Source: Octopus vulgaris (taxonomy: Eukaryota). From it: DNA of 64,000 nt. The stretch is taken from contig OX597839.1 in assembly GCA_951406725.2 (NCBI GenBank), positions 30,690,001 through 30,754,000 on the forward strand, written 5' to 3'. The translations under genes were made by a program, and so were the position numbers. Below, piece after piece: positions 1 through 12,165 of this stretch. Positions within the stretch are counted from its first letter, which is position 1, and every line of letters begins with the position of its first letter. The notes below the pieces were generated by a model. It made no database searches. It saw only the letters and a list, made by a program, of their open reading frames with translations, and was not told the DNA's origin.

Positions 1-122
1 TGGAAGTAAATGACGTCACACATCAAAGAACAGACAACTTCATTTCCACATGCTTTACGGTTTTCTTTCATGTGCTCACCCTATACATACATATACACGC
101 ATACGTGTGTGTATACGCATGC

Positions 123-176
<54 letters not shown>

Positions 177-194
177 GTCTATACATGTATTTGG

Positions 195-478
195 CGGTGG
201 GGATCGAGCTTCGCTGATGATTTACAAAGGTCGACGTAGAAGGTTTTGTGCACTTCTTCTGTCTTCCCTTTGTCTGTCACCGTAAACTTGTTTTTGTTCT
301 TAAGCCGCTTCACCCCTGACCTATAGAGTGTCAGCCCTCTCCTGCATCTTTTTACACTTCTCCTTTCCTCTAAAGCCTGCATCAATTTCTTCAGTCTATA
401 ATTCTCAAAGTCATTTCCTAGATGTTGTCTGATCGCTTTACAGAGAGCAGAATACCTGAGGTGATCTTGCATACTCGA
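195..478 (-). mobile_element. RTE-clade LINE fragment (APE-RT linker), inverted relative to the adjacent RT fragment
   Basis: Minus-strand translation RYSALCKAIRQHLGNDFENYRLKKLMQALEERRSVK...LKNKNKFTVTDKGKTEEVHKTFYVDLCKSS resembles the RTE linker that precedes RT. Confidence 0.6.
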
Positions 479-479
479 A

Positions 480-1030
480 CAAGTGCCATCTATTCTGGTT
501 AGTGAAATTGAAAATGCTCTCAAACTGATGTAAGCAGACAAAGCTCATAGGAAAGATGGCATCACAACAGAGATGTGAAAATGCGGAGGTGAAGGGCTGC
601 GAAGAACCCTCATTCTGCGCTTCAATCACTGACTGAAGGAGGGCAAAAAAACCAAAGAAAACACTCACGAAAGAAAGAGTCAATTACCCCTTTGCTTCAT
701 AAGAAGGGTGATCAAGAAGATTTAAAATACTGTCATTCCATATGCCTCTTGTTTCACCTCCTCTATAAGCCGTTTACAAAGGCCATAGCCATGAGACTAT
801 CAAAATACCTCGACGGCCAACAGCCAAGAGAGAAAGCAGATTTCCGTAGGAACCAGAGTACGGCAGAATACGCAGATTCACGAAGGAATGAATACAAACC
901 TCCTCATAGAATGATGGAATGAATAGAAGCCTCCTCCTCTGTGTATCGCTTTTGTTGATTACGAAAAGTCTTCGATAGCGTCGAGGTAAATGCAGTGTTG
1001 AAATCCTTGGAAATGCCAAAGATGCTGAAG
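480..1030 (+). pseudogene. Degenerate RTE-clade LINE reverse transcriptase (N-terminal part)
   Basis: VPSILVSEIENALK..DKAHRKDGITTEM; LLHKKGDQEDLK..SICLL..LYKPFTKAIAMRLSKYLDGQQPREKADFRR; LCIAFVDYEK, with stops and frameshifts. Confidence 0.85.
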
Positions 1031-1134
1031 CGCAACACATCAACGCCACCATCGGTTGCGTGCAAACGATGAACGTGTTTTCAAGGGAGATAATCAAAGA
1101 ACGTAGCATTGTAATACTTCATGTAAAGTAAATG

Positions 1135-1322
1135 AAAAATTCTTCAAGAATCCATAAAAATTCCCGGATCACTACCAACATTTTATCATCTGTTCCTTGT
1201 GTCATTATCAACTTTTCCTGCAGGTTTCATGAAATATCATTCACAACTTTTTGAGTCATTTTGCACACAGACGGACAAACCAACGCCGATGAACACATAA
1301 CCTCCTCCCTTGGCGGAGGTAA
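1135..1322 (+). mobile_element. Helentron/HINE-like non-autonomous element end
   Basis: Ends ...CACAGACGGACAAACCAAC...AACACATAACCTCCTCCCTTGGCGGAGGTAA, with terminal palindrome ACCTCC/GGAGGT. Confidence 0.5.
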
Positions 1323-1643
1323 TTACACTCTTGAAATTATATGTCATAAGGAATATTCGCTGACATCTTATCGATACGGCCTGTAATTTCCCTGCATTAT
1401 TGAATCACTGTGAGTTAAATTATAGATTTTTAAAAACTGCTTTAGAATCCTGTCCGTTCCTGCTACACACGTTTCAAAATGACTTGAAGTAATTGATTAC
1501 TGTCGACTCCTGTAGATTGTGCTTCTCAACAGACTGCTTTGTTGAAAAATGCAGGCAGTGGGAAGGAGCCAAGCAATATTTGAGAAAAAATATTCAACAA
1601 ATTTGTGTATCGTTTAAAACTATTAAGAATTATATATATATAA

Positions 1644-1700
<57 letters not shown>

Positions 1701-2936
1701 CATACATATATATATATATAATTCTGCCTAAATAATGGAACTACAGATACAATATCCCTGCCTATCTCACGTCTATTTTCATTCCTCCGCTTCACTCTCT
1801 ATTTCATATCGTATCTAGAATAACTATTGATTAACCATTTTCTCACACCGTCTCCAATGAAGGGATATATAAAATATCCCGGAAACAGCTGTAAGACCTT
1901 CTATTTATAAATGTTCTAAAATCTTTTAAGGCCTTGGATTTTTATCTCATTCTGTTAATTTTTTTGTATATACACATGCTGATATATGACCTACGTTGGA
2001 CTCCTCATTCGCATAATCACCGAACCTGGAGCTTAACTATAGTCTGTCCATAGCACTTACTCAGCATTACCTGACACCTTTGGGTCTTATTGACACTATT
2101 ACCTCTCATAACATATATATATATATATATATATATATGGGCATAAGATAAGAACAATAATAAACGAGTGAAGAACGAATATACAGTGCGTGTGTTTATT
2201 TGCCAAGAAAAAAAATGACCGTCCCGAAACATAAAAATATCTGTTTCAACACACGGCTTCACATAGGGAATCTTGCAAAACAAATTAATTAACGTAATTA
2301 ACATTTAATTATAAAAATATAATACGATTTCTTAAACATCGAATGGCTGGAAAACAAATGTGTCAATAGGTGAAAAAATGGTTGAGAACCGAGGCCCTAG
2401 ATTATGCTTTTACATTCTCTGACCCTTTCGAGCTAATTTCTAATTGAATCCCTGTGTGGTCCAGCTTCCCTGTTAGACTTAATGAATCTTCCTTTCACAG
2501 CTGTTATAGACTTCAACTTTGCCCGCCATTCGGCGCAGCCAACCTTTTCTTTAAATGTCATCGTTTGCGAATAGTTAAACTATCTCCTAATAAATTCTGT
2601 TCTAATTAATTATCAAGATTTGAAGATTACTCACCGAGGCGTGAGACATTCTTTTATCCAGCACCGTTGCAGATGTAGTTTCAGTGTGACACTGTCAGGT
2701 GCAGAACAAAACTAATTAATATTTCCATCGCTTTTGAATGCGTACGCGCGTGCGGTCGCGGAGACGCTCGCACGCGCATGCGCGCACACACAAATGCATT
2801 GGTCGGGAACGAAATGAATTTTAAATTGGTTAGTTGTTGTTGAATTTATATATTCGACATAAATGAACCAATTATAATATATATATATATATGTATACAT
2901 ACATACATGTATATAAATGCATGTATATAAATGTAT

Positions 2937-2978
<42 letters not shown>

Positions 2979-2980
2979 AT

Positions 2981-3260
2981 GTATGTGTATATATGTATGT
3001 ATGTAAATATATATGTATGTGTATATATGTATGTATGTAAATATATATGTATGTGTATATATGTATGTATGTAAATATATATGTATGTGTATATATGTAT
3101 GTATGTAAATATATATGTATGTGTATATATGTATGTGTGTAAATATATATGTATGTGTATATATGTATGTATGTAAATATATATGTATGTGTATATATGT
3201 ATGTATGTAAATATATATGTATGTGTATATATGTATGAATGTAAATATATATGTATGTGT
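2981..3260. repeat. 34-bp minisatellite (GTATGTGTATATATGTATGTATGTAAATATATAT), about 8 copies
   Basis: Unit repeats directly; ORF translations show a 34-aa (3x34 nt) periodicity. Confidence 0.85.
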
Positions 3261-3291
3261 ATGTATGTTTGTATGTAGGTATATATATATA

Positions 3292-3340
<49 letters not shown>

Positions 3341-3379
3341 AGGAGTGGCTGTGTGGTAAGTAGCTTGCTTACCAACCAC
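3341..3379 (+). mobile_element. SINE family 1 head fragment
   Basis: AGGAGTGGCTGTGTGGTAAGTAGCTTGCTTACCAACCAC matches the heads of the other copies. Confidence 0.75.
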
Positions 3380-3584
3380 GAATAAAAGGTGATAAAACCT
3401 AAAAGGCTTAATACGGGTGAAGTCGAATGAAGAATATTCTATGGAATAAATTGATGCGTCATAAAAGCGACTAAAAATTTCAGGCAATGAAACTAAAGTA
3501 ATGTAAATATATAAATAAAGTGCAAAGGGGTAACCAGAGAAGTGGCAAGCATTCAGATCCATTTCTATGATCTTCATTTATATA

Positions 3585-4415
3585 AGGTTACTCTTCAGCT
3601 TTTCCTTATATCTAATCCTTGGTTGACCAGCATTCCTGTGTCCACTATCAAGCTGGCTGTACATGAGGACTTTAGGTATTCTTTCGTCACTCATTCTGAT
3701 GACATGGTCAGCCCAGCACAATTGTGATTGCATAAGGAAGCTGTCGATTCCTCTAATCTTACACCTGCTAGGCAGATCGGTATTAGAAGCTCTGTCCTTT
3801 AATGAGTGACCGCTTTAAAGTCGCCCATAAGGATGAGTTTATTCCTACGATGACAACAGGAGTTGTCCACCACGGAGTTCGTTGTAGAATTCGTCCTTTT
3901 CCTGCTCACTGCTGGCCATGATTAGGCATAGCAACTGACAAGCGTAGCACGAGTGGTGTGATCAAGTTCCAACGTTAGTGTCATGATGCGATCAGAAATA
4001 CCCAAAAGGGAGAGAAAGAAGGGATCTGCCGCTTTCACTCTCTCGTCAGAGGACTTTTTGATTTTTGCAAGTTGAAGCTGTGCCATATTGAATGGATAAA
4101 TGTAAGTTGTCAGAAAACCCCCATATATGATTTGATTTAAGTTTAGAACCAACCACACTTTTTGGAAGTGCTGAAAGCAAGAATATGGTACACAGATGTG
4201 CCACTATACCAAGAGCAACACCTCTCATGCTTTTCCTTCAGAGGTTTCCATCCCCTAGACGAGCCGCTATAAACATGCTAGACAGCTTAGTCAAAGTTTG
4301 CTGATAGTACAGCCCTGTTAAGGGGACCCTCAGCAATCAAAGATCTGGTTTTATGTCAGTTTCCCTCTCTTAGATGGGATGCCTTCGTCACGGTTAAGGA
4401 GCCCCATCTTCCCCC
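3585..4415 (-). mobile_element. Internally deleted RTE/BovB-like LINE (5' leader, partial APE endonuclease, C-terminal tail)
   Basis: Minus strand: RIMTL..LVSCYA..SEQEKDEFYNEL..LMGDFKA joined directly to DRASNTD..QLCWADHVIRMSDERIPKVLMYSQLDSGHRNAGQPRIRYKEKLK. Confidence 0.75.
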
Positions 4416-4662
4416 TAATATATGAAATGAAACACATCAAATTTAAAATATAAATAAAATAAGATAAAACAATATAAACATACACACGTATTGTTGGATG
4501 ACTTTTGACTACTCATGAGTTCCTCCGCTATTTTGATAGGATTTTAATTTTTGCCCCACAGGGCGTCCAACAATCATCCCACCCCTCACCAAGCAAGCAA
4601 GCTTGGTAGGATTGTCAGTTTAGTCGCCGATGACCCGATCATGTAACAGGTTGTACTGGATT

Positions 4663-4754
<92 letters not shown>

Positions 4755-4786
4755 CGTGTGTGTATACATGTGCATATATATATATA

Positions 4787-5186
4787 TACAAGGTGGGATA
4801 GAGAGGACGGACGTTTTTGAAAAATTCAAAAAATCATTAATTTTAGCTGCAAACAAATTTTATTGATATTAATGTGTTTGTATTGAATTAGCATTTGTTC
4901 AAATCAAGTGTGGAAAACAACATCCATCATCAGTGAAAACATGTGTCCGTTTTCATTCTAAAAGCGTTCTTGGAAGTTGGCCTCTCCTCTTTCCATTCTT
5001 CGTGCAACTGTCGTAGGCAAAGTCGCGATGCTCTATCGTCCACAGCGCCATGGCTTCACCTGAAAAGGAAAAAAAATGTTAAGACACCATGGACCGAATG
5101 GTACCTGTCGGACATATGTCCTTCCCCACTGGGGTTGAGTAATTGCCAGTTCAAAAATGCCCGTCCTCTCTGCACCATCCTGTGTC

Positions 5187-5190
<4 letters not shown>
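4787..5190. mobile_element. Possible Tc1/mariner-type DNA transposon end fragment
   Basis: Begins TA-CAAGGTG directly after a TA tract; non-microsatellite body; no second TIR seen. Confidence 0.3.
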
Positions 5191-5249
<59 letters not shown>

Positions 5250-5251
<2 letters not shown>

Positions 5252-5640
5252 TTTACTTGTTTCAGTCATTTGATTGTGGCCATGCTGGAGCACCGGATTT
5301 AGTTGAGCAAATCGACCCCAGGACTTACTCTTTTGTAAGTCTAGTACTCATTCTATCGGTCTCTTTTGCCGAACCGCTAATTTACGGGGACGTAAACACA
5401 CCAGCATCAGTTGTCAAGCGATATTGGGTGGGGGAGGGGCAAAAACAGACACACACATACATATATACACATATATACGACGGGCTTCTTTCAATTTCCA
5501 TCTACTTAGTCCACTCACAAGGCTTCGGTCGGCCCGAGGCTCTAGGAGAAAGCACTTGCCCAAGGTACCACGCAGTGGGACTGAACCCGGAACCATGTGG
5601 TTGGTAAGCAAGCTACTTACCACACAGCCATTCCTGCGCC
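5250..5640 (-). mobile_element. SINE family 1 (tRNA-headed), near full length
   Basis: A box TGGCTGTGTGG and B box GGTTCAGTCCC on the minus strand; body shared with more than 10 copies in the window; 3' end GACTGAAACAAGTAAAAG. Confidence 0.9.
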
Positions 5641-6124
5641 TATTATGTGTGTGTAAGTATATTCATGTATAGCATTTTATGTGGCCTGTTTGTAAGTACT
5701 AAATATACATTGTAGACATTACACAGACCCAACCCTTACAGACATATTGCATAAACACTGCTTCCACACAATACGCAGACAACCGGGTTCGCATATACGT
5801 ACGTGCCTCTGTGTTTGTGTGCGTGTGCGTGAGTGAGTGTGTGAGCGTGTACGTGTGCATGCGTTTATGTCTGTGTGTGTGTGTCTGTGAGCGTGTCTGC
5901 GTGTGTATATGTGCGATCGTTCGTGTTCGTGCCTCTCTGCGTATGTGTGTGTGTGTGTTTAACATAACATGGACAGTTAAAACTTAAGCAGTGTTGTGTC
6001 AGAATCGTCCAAAAGTAAAAACTATTGAACAATAAACACCGGAGTTGTTATCACCAACTGAAAACTAATGAGGGTGGCCATGGATGGCTGTATTCCATCA
6101 ATGCAACTGCTAATAGTGTGTGTA

Positions 6125-6174
<50 letters not shown>

Positions 6175-6195
6175 CAATATACACAATATAATATT

Positions 6196-6325
6196 GCCTT
6201 TCATCCTTTCGGTGTCGATAAATTAGATACCAGTGAAACGCTGGGGTCGATGTAATTGACTAGTCCCTCCCCCAAAACTTCAGGCCTTGTGCCTCAAGTA
6301 GAAAGGATTATTATTATTATTATTA
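6196..6325 (+). mobile_element. SINE family 2, 3' part with (ATT)n tail
   Basis: GCCTTTCATCCTTTCGG..GTCGATAAA..TACCAG..CTGGGGTCGAT..GGCCTTGTGCC..GTAGAAAGG(ATT)n, shared with 14291-14550. Confidence 0.85.
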
Positions 6326-6680
6326 ATTGGCAGAAGTTACCGAGTAACTCAAGGATGGAGAGTTTCGTCCACATACACTTTTCAAATTTATCCCTCCACG
6401 AATGTATCGGGTCTTGTGACACACTGTAACACCTGCTGCCGGTCAGTAATAAGCGTATACCTACATGCAGAAATACATGTGCGCAACCCCCACCCCCACC
6501 CACACACATACACACGCAATTAACATGTTAATAAATGCATGCTTTAAAACCAACATGGTCAGACTCATTAACATATTCATGCTTCTATACACGCATTTTC
6601 ATATGTAAATGCATCAGTGTTTTTATAACAGCTAGTGGTAGACAAGAAATGTTTACGTGTGTGTGTGTGCGTGTATATAC

Positions 6681-6724
<44 letters not shown>

Positions 6725-7239
6725 GCACACACACACACGCACACACACACACATGCATTCTATGGCTAGCTTTCAGACAGTTGCATCAATCAGCCAATCG
6801 AATCTCGTAAAAGGTTTGCGGTCTTTCAACCACTGGACACCGCCCACTTCTATGGCGTGTGTCTTGGGTCCCGCCCACAACATTCGCTTCCTAAGCAAAC
6901 ACCATTCAATGGACAACCTTCAGCGTAGCCTCCCTCGCTGCAGCCGTTTATTCCCGGGTCAGATTAAAACAAACAAATGCAGAGCGATGTATACATACAT
7001 ACATACATACATACATACATACATACATACATAATCAATTGTGTGATGCGCGTATGTGTTGATTCGTTAGAAAGCGATTTAGGCTATTACTACTAACAAG
7101 TCAACCACACAAATGTATAACAGCAGATTTAGCTAGTGTGTATGTGTGCCTATGTGTGTATTCATATATGTATACATATAGCGCTGCTCTACATATACAT
7201 TTATGTTTAATGAGTATGTATAGAGGTATTACAAATATC

Positions 7240-7247
7240 TCTCTGTC

Positions 7248-7336
<89 letters not shown>

Positions 7337-7390
7337 TTGTCTGTCTGTCTGTCTGTCTATCATCTATCTATCTATCTATCCATCTGTCTA

Positions 7391-7441
<51 letters not shown>

Positions 7442-7470
7442 GTTTATCTATCTGTTTATCTATCTATCTC
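7240..7470. repeat. (TCTA)n/(TCTG)n compound microsatellite
   Basis: Direct observation. Confidence 0.95.
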
Positions 7471-7700
7471 TGTATGTCTGTCAGTCTGTCTAATACGTAT
7501 GTATGTATGAATGGATGGATGCATGCATGCAATCTTCTGAGCTCGCAGTGTGTACCTAAGCAATCTAATAACAATCGTATAATTTGTCCGCGAGAGGTGT
7601 CCGGGGGACGAGAGCAGACACAAATGCGACGCGTAATGAAGTTATGTGGCGTTTTCTTAAGCATTGTACGCGCTGGTTTCAACACACACACACACACTGG

Positions 7701-7735
<35 letters not shown>

Positions 7736-8000
7736 ATATATATATGTCTGTATATATATATATATATATATATACATAAGTATGTATGTATATATGTATG
7801 TATGTTTATCAAATATGTATATATGCATATATATATCTATATATATATATATGAGATTCAGTTGAATTAGGTACTTAAGTTGAAGCACCAAATCAGTATA
7901 TATATACTTATATATACAATTATATATATGTATATCTATCTATATATATATTAAGATATATATATATGTGTGTGTATATATATATAAAGATACATATGTG

Positions 8001-8040
<40 letters not shown>

Positions 8041-8278
8041 GTATATGTGTGTTTGAATATGAAGATATATATGTATATATCTGTACATATATATATATAT
8101 ATATGCACACACATATATCTATATATATATATATATATGGATGTAGGTGTATATATGTGTGTGCGTATTCGTGTCTATATAGAGTATACACACACACACA
8201 CATATATATATATTTATATAGATAGATAGATAGATATATGTATACATACATATGCATATGCATGCATGTATATAAAGT

Positions 8279-8465
8279 TAATCCAAACAAGAAAGCACAA
8301 AAAAAACACAACAACGCGAGGACGTGGAACAAATATAGTATTATTGGACGCTCAGGAAAGAAGGAAAGCAGGAGGGTTTAACGTTTCGAGCGGAGCTCTT
8401 CGTCGGAAACATAGGAGAAGGAAAGATCCAGAGAAGGGAAGACGGAGGGAAAAAAAAGAAAAAAA
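8279..8465 (-). mobile_element. PLE pseudo-LTR-like element, family A, with minimal hammerhead at 8376-8410
   Basis: Near-identical to 52082-52293 in the opposite orientation; minus strand GTTT-CCGACGA-A-GAGC-TCC-GCTC-GAAAC-GTT-AAAC. Confidence 0.7.
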
Positions 8466-8691
8466 TCTATATATATTGAAATATATATTTATGCATAAGT
8501 ATATCATATAAATATTTAGAAATATGTTTATCATTTAGCTATTTCTATGTATGTATAACGTATGTGTGCGTTTGTGTGTGTATGATATAAATATTTATAT
8601 ATATGCATATCATATAGTTATATATCTATATATAACATATATATGTATATATCTATACTATATATTATATATATATTATACCCAGACACGC

Positions 8692-8725
<34 letters not shown>

Positions 8726-9304
8726 TTCTAATACAGGATGAAATCCCTCCCCCCCCCCCCCAAAAAAAAATTCATGAAAGTTGCCAGCTCAAAGTTGCCA
8801 GCATATTAAAATACCTTTAAAGGTGAAAATTATAAACAAGGGCAAAAGAAAAAAAGATTTCCATCCCAATATGCTGAGAAATAGACTTTAAATTGTCAAT
8901 CACCAAATTGACGATTTAAAGTTTTTCCCAGCATTTTGGCATAGAAATCGTTTTTTTTTCTCCCTTGTTTATAATTGTATATATATATGTCTGTATCATG
9001 TATGTGTTTGTATATACATATATATATACATGCATATATACATATAAGTATTTCATGTATATGATATATGTATGTGTATTTATGAAATTTGAATTATATA
9101 TATGTATATATTTGTATATTTTATCATGTATGTATAGATTATATCTCATATGTATGCATGCATGTGTGTATGTTTAGATATATATACTTTACATACATAT
9201 TCTTATGCGGCGGCATATATATTCTTATGTGAGCTGGACCGTAGATATATATATATATGTATGTATGTATGTATGTATATATATATGTATGTATATATAT
9301 ATAA

Positions 9305-11035
9305 CTTTGATAGTATAGTCCGAGGCCATGTCTAACTTAATACCGCCGCTTCTGGTGAAGTCTTTTAGTCATATACGGGGCACCATGGCCCCCTCTAGCA
9401 AAGAGTTATTACTGTTGGAGACATATCCGGGTGAAGGAGGTTGGTCCGGGATTTTTTAAAGAAATTTGCCCAGTGAACATTTGGATTTGATGGGGTCCGT
9501 TTCCGTTTTGGCGTATTTTGGTAAGGTATTAAAGAGAGTTGGACCGGTTGAGGTAAAGTAGTTGTGACGTAATGTTGCTATGTGTACTGAGTTCGATTTT
9601 CGTAGTGGGTGGATAGCACGGGGGCCAAGTCTTGGATGGATTTTAAAATTGATGCCAACATCACTTGTGCAATATTGATGGAATATTTTCCACATAACGC
9701 AAATGATGTAGCGATCCTGGCGGCATTGGAGAGAGATTGATTTTATTTTTAGTCGACCCCAATAGTCAATGCCTCTCATGCCGTCTATCTTTCTTGTCAT
9801 TGACCTCTGGAGTGTTTCTACTTTCATAATGAGTTGCTTCGTATGGGGGGGGGGACCACAGTGGGCAACAGTATTCAAGGTGGTGTTGGGCAAAAGTAGA
9901 GTAGAGAAGGATGATGGTGTAGGCATCTCTAAACCGGAAAGTTCTCAGAATCCAGGAACACATCTTGCGGGCCAAGTCAACCTTGCTGTTTACGTGGGAA
10001 TTCCAGCTTAGATTGTAACCAACAATTACTCCAAAGTCTCTAGTGTTGTTGGATGATATTAGGAAGTCGTCCGAGGGAAGAGCATATGGTAATTTCAGAG
10101 TTTCCTCTTTCCCAAAGTGGATCATATCAAACTTATCTTCATTTAAAAGCATATTGTTTTTTTCCGCCCATTGGACAATAGCAAACAGATCTGACTGAAG
10201 GCATATTCGGTCTCCCATGCCATTTATGGCTTTCTGGAGTTTGGAATCATCTGCAAAGCTTTTCAATGTAGAATGTTTGATGACATCTACAATGCCATTG
10301 ATGTAGATAATGAAGAGGAGTGGGCCCAACACGGTGCCTTGTGGGACACTACTACTGACTTTGGTTGACCTGGATCGTATTCCCTCAAACACAACATGTT
10401 GGGTTCTGTTTATTAGGAAACACTTTATCCACTGCAGCAGCTTTCCACAGACTCCAATGTTGGACAGTTTCTTCGGCAGGATTTTGTTGTCCACTCTGCC
10501 AAATGCCTGGCTGAAGTCAAAGTGTATGACGTCAGTGTTGGAGCCTTCTCCCAAAGCTTTTAAGATGTCATCAAAATGATGCAGAAGCTGCGACAGACAG
10601 TCCCTGTCACCAAGGAAACCAAGCTGGCTGGGGTTCAGCAGATTGTTGTCTTCGAGGAAGGGAGTTATTCGCCATCTCACCACCCTCCAAATACTTTAAT
10701 CATATGAGAGGTGAGTGAAATGGGACGGTAGTTCTCTGCAAGAGATTTGTTTCTCTTTTTGAAGACTCGAACGACAGACTGGGAAAGAAAAGGATCAGGA
10801 ACGTAGCCGGCATAAAAAGTGAGTTTCTCCAGAGCTCAGATAGAGGGGGTGCAATTTGATGTCGATACATCTTCAGAACAGTGACCAGGAACTTATGGGG
10901 ACCTACTGCCGAGTTGTGCTTGATCTTATCTATTTCTCTTAGGATATCAGGAGCACCAAAAGTTATGTCAGATATGGTTAGTTGAGGGTTTACATCACTG
11001 ATACTACCCGGATCAACCGCATTAGGGTTACTGAA
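9305..11035 (-). mobile_element. 5'-truncated CR1-group LINE with degenerate RT (ORFs 9766-10683 and 9456-9926)
   Basis: LLNPSQLGF..RDCLSQLL; DFSQAFGRVD; SVPQGTVLGPLLFIIYI; SFADDSKL; LEYCCPLWSP; 3' end ...ATCAAAGT running into (TA)n. Confidence 0.92.
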
Positions 11036-11039
11036 GGCA

Positions 11040-11610
11040 GAGCTATAATTTGGAAGCTTAAAGACGACGGGACCGGTTTCGACATCAAATGGACAATCCT
11101 CTCCAAATCCAGGCCCTTTATGAACGGGTTCAAAAAATGTTCAGTATGTTCCCTTGAAAAACTGTTTCTCTTAAAAAACTTGAGAATCTCAAAAAATAAA
11201 TTCTAGGAACGAGATTTTTTTTCTGTGTGCTCGCATTTCAAGAAATACATCTTGCCGCTCACTTAGTAGATATTTAAAATCTTGCTTACGCTTGCTTGAC
11301 ATCGAATTATTGTGGTGTTGGTTTTCTTCTTGTCTTCTTTACCGGCGTCTCTTGTTTAAATATTGCTCAAAAGACAACTGACGAACGGTCTTGTTTTCGG
11401 CTTGTTCTGACTCTCATAAACTCTGTAACAACCCCAACCACATCTTGCTCCACTAACAGACGAAATGCGTTCATTTTCTCCCTCGTGTTTCTTATATTTA
11501 TAGAATTTCGAAACAAAAGTTTCGGGCAAAAAGGCAAACAATTTCCTCGCCTCTTATCTACACTGAGTCATGGCAGGCATATTTACGTGATTAATCAGCG
11601 GTTACATCTG
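11040..11610 (+). mobile_element. Penelope-like element 3' fragment (GIY-YIG C-terminus and downstream pLTR-like region)
   Basis: IWKLKDDGTGFDIKWTILSKSRPF..KKCSVCSLEKLFL..NSRNEIFSVCSH resembles the PLE endonuclease C-terminus. Confidence 0.75.
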
Positions 11611-11715
11611 TAGATATAAATAGAAAAGAGATATACGTGTGTGTGCGCGCGCGCGTATATTTTACTTGAGTCCTCCGTCGCATAAGACCAGTCACTCGAT
11701 TTCCGTGGTGAGGTC

Positions 11716-11938
11716 AGTGTTGTCTTAAGCATGGGCGACACAGTGGGCAGTTGCTGTGGGTTATTGTCAATAGATAAATACTACAGGGCTCAGTGTGTTG
11801 AGTTGTCCAGGGACCCCTTGGGTCTTGGGACCCAATTCTAATCTATCTGTGCCGTGACTTTCTGCCAAAAATTAATACTATAGGGTCCAGAGGCCTGATC
11901 TCTTCTGGGGCCTATAATGCTCTTACGACGGCCCCAGG
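11716..11938. mobile_element. Possible hAT-type MITE remnant
   Basis: Imperfect terminal inverted repeats CAGTGTTGTCTTAAGCAT and ATGCTCTTACGACGGCCCCA; internal GGGNCCC motifs. Confidence 0.4.
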
Positions 11939-11999
11939 CGGGACCACAACGTTCCCTCTAACCGGGACGCTGTCGCGATCTGTTGTACGGTTGGAGGCA

Positions 12000-12165
12000 A
12001 GCAACTTTGAGGGGAGGGGGTTAAGTCAATAATCCAGTACTTGGATTACAAACACCGGAAGTACAAAAGGTCAAATTGACTTCGGTTAGATTTGAACTCA
12101 AAATGTAAAGACGGACAAAAGGTCGCTAAGAATTTAGTCCGACAAGCTAAAAATTCTGTCTGTTC
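12000..12165 (-). mobile_element. Degenerate SINE family 2 copy
   Basis: AAAAGGTCAAATTGACTTCGGTTAGATTTGAACTCAAAATGTAAAGACGGAC is the reverse complement of the family 2 head. Confidence 0.6.

Noticed and set aside
9766-10683. Intact RT gene
   Set aside because: Frameshifted, 5'-truncated LINE copy with degraded motifs
11370-11480. Hammerhead downstream of the PLE fragment (CTGACGA at about 11378)
   Set aside because: Could not assemble consistent stems I-III by eye
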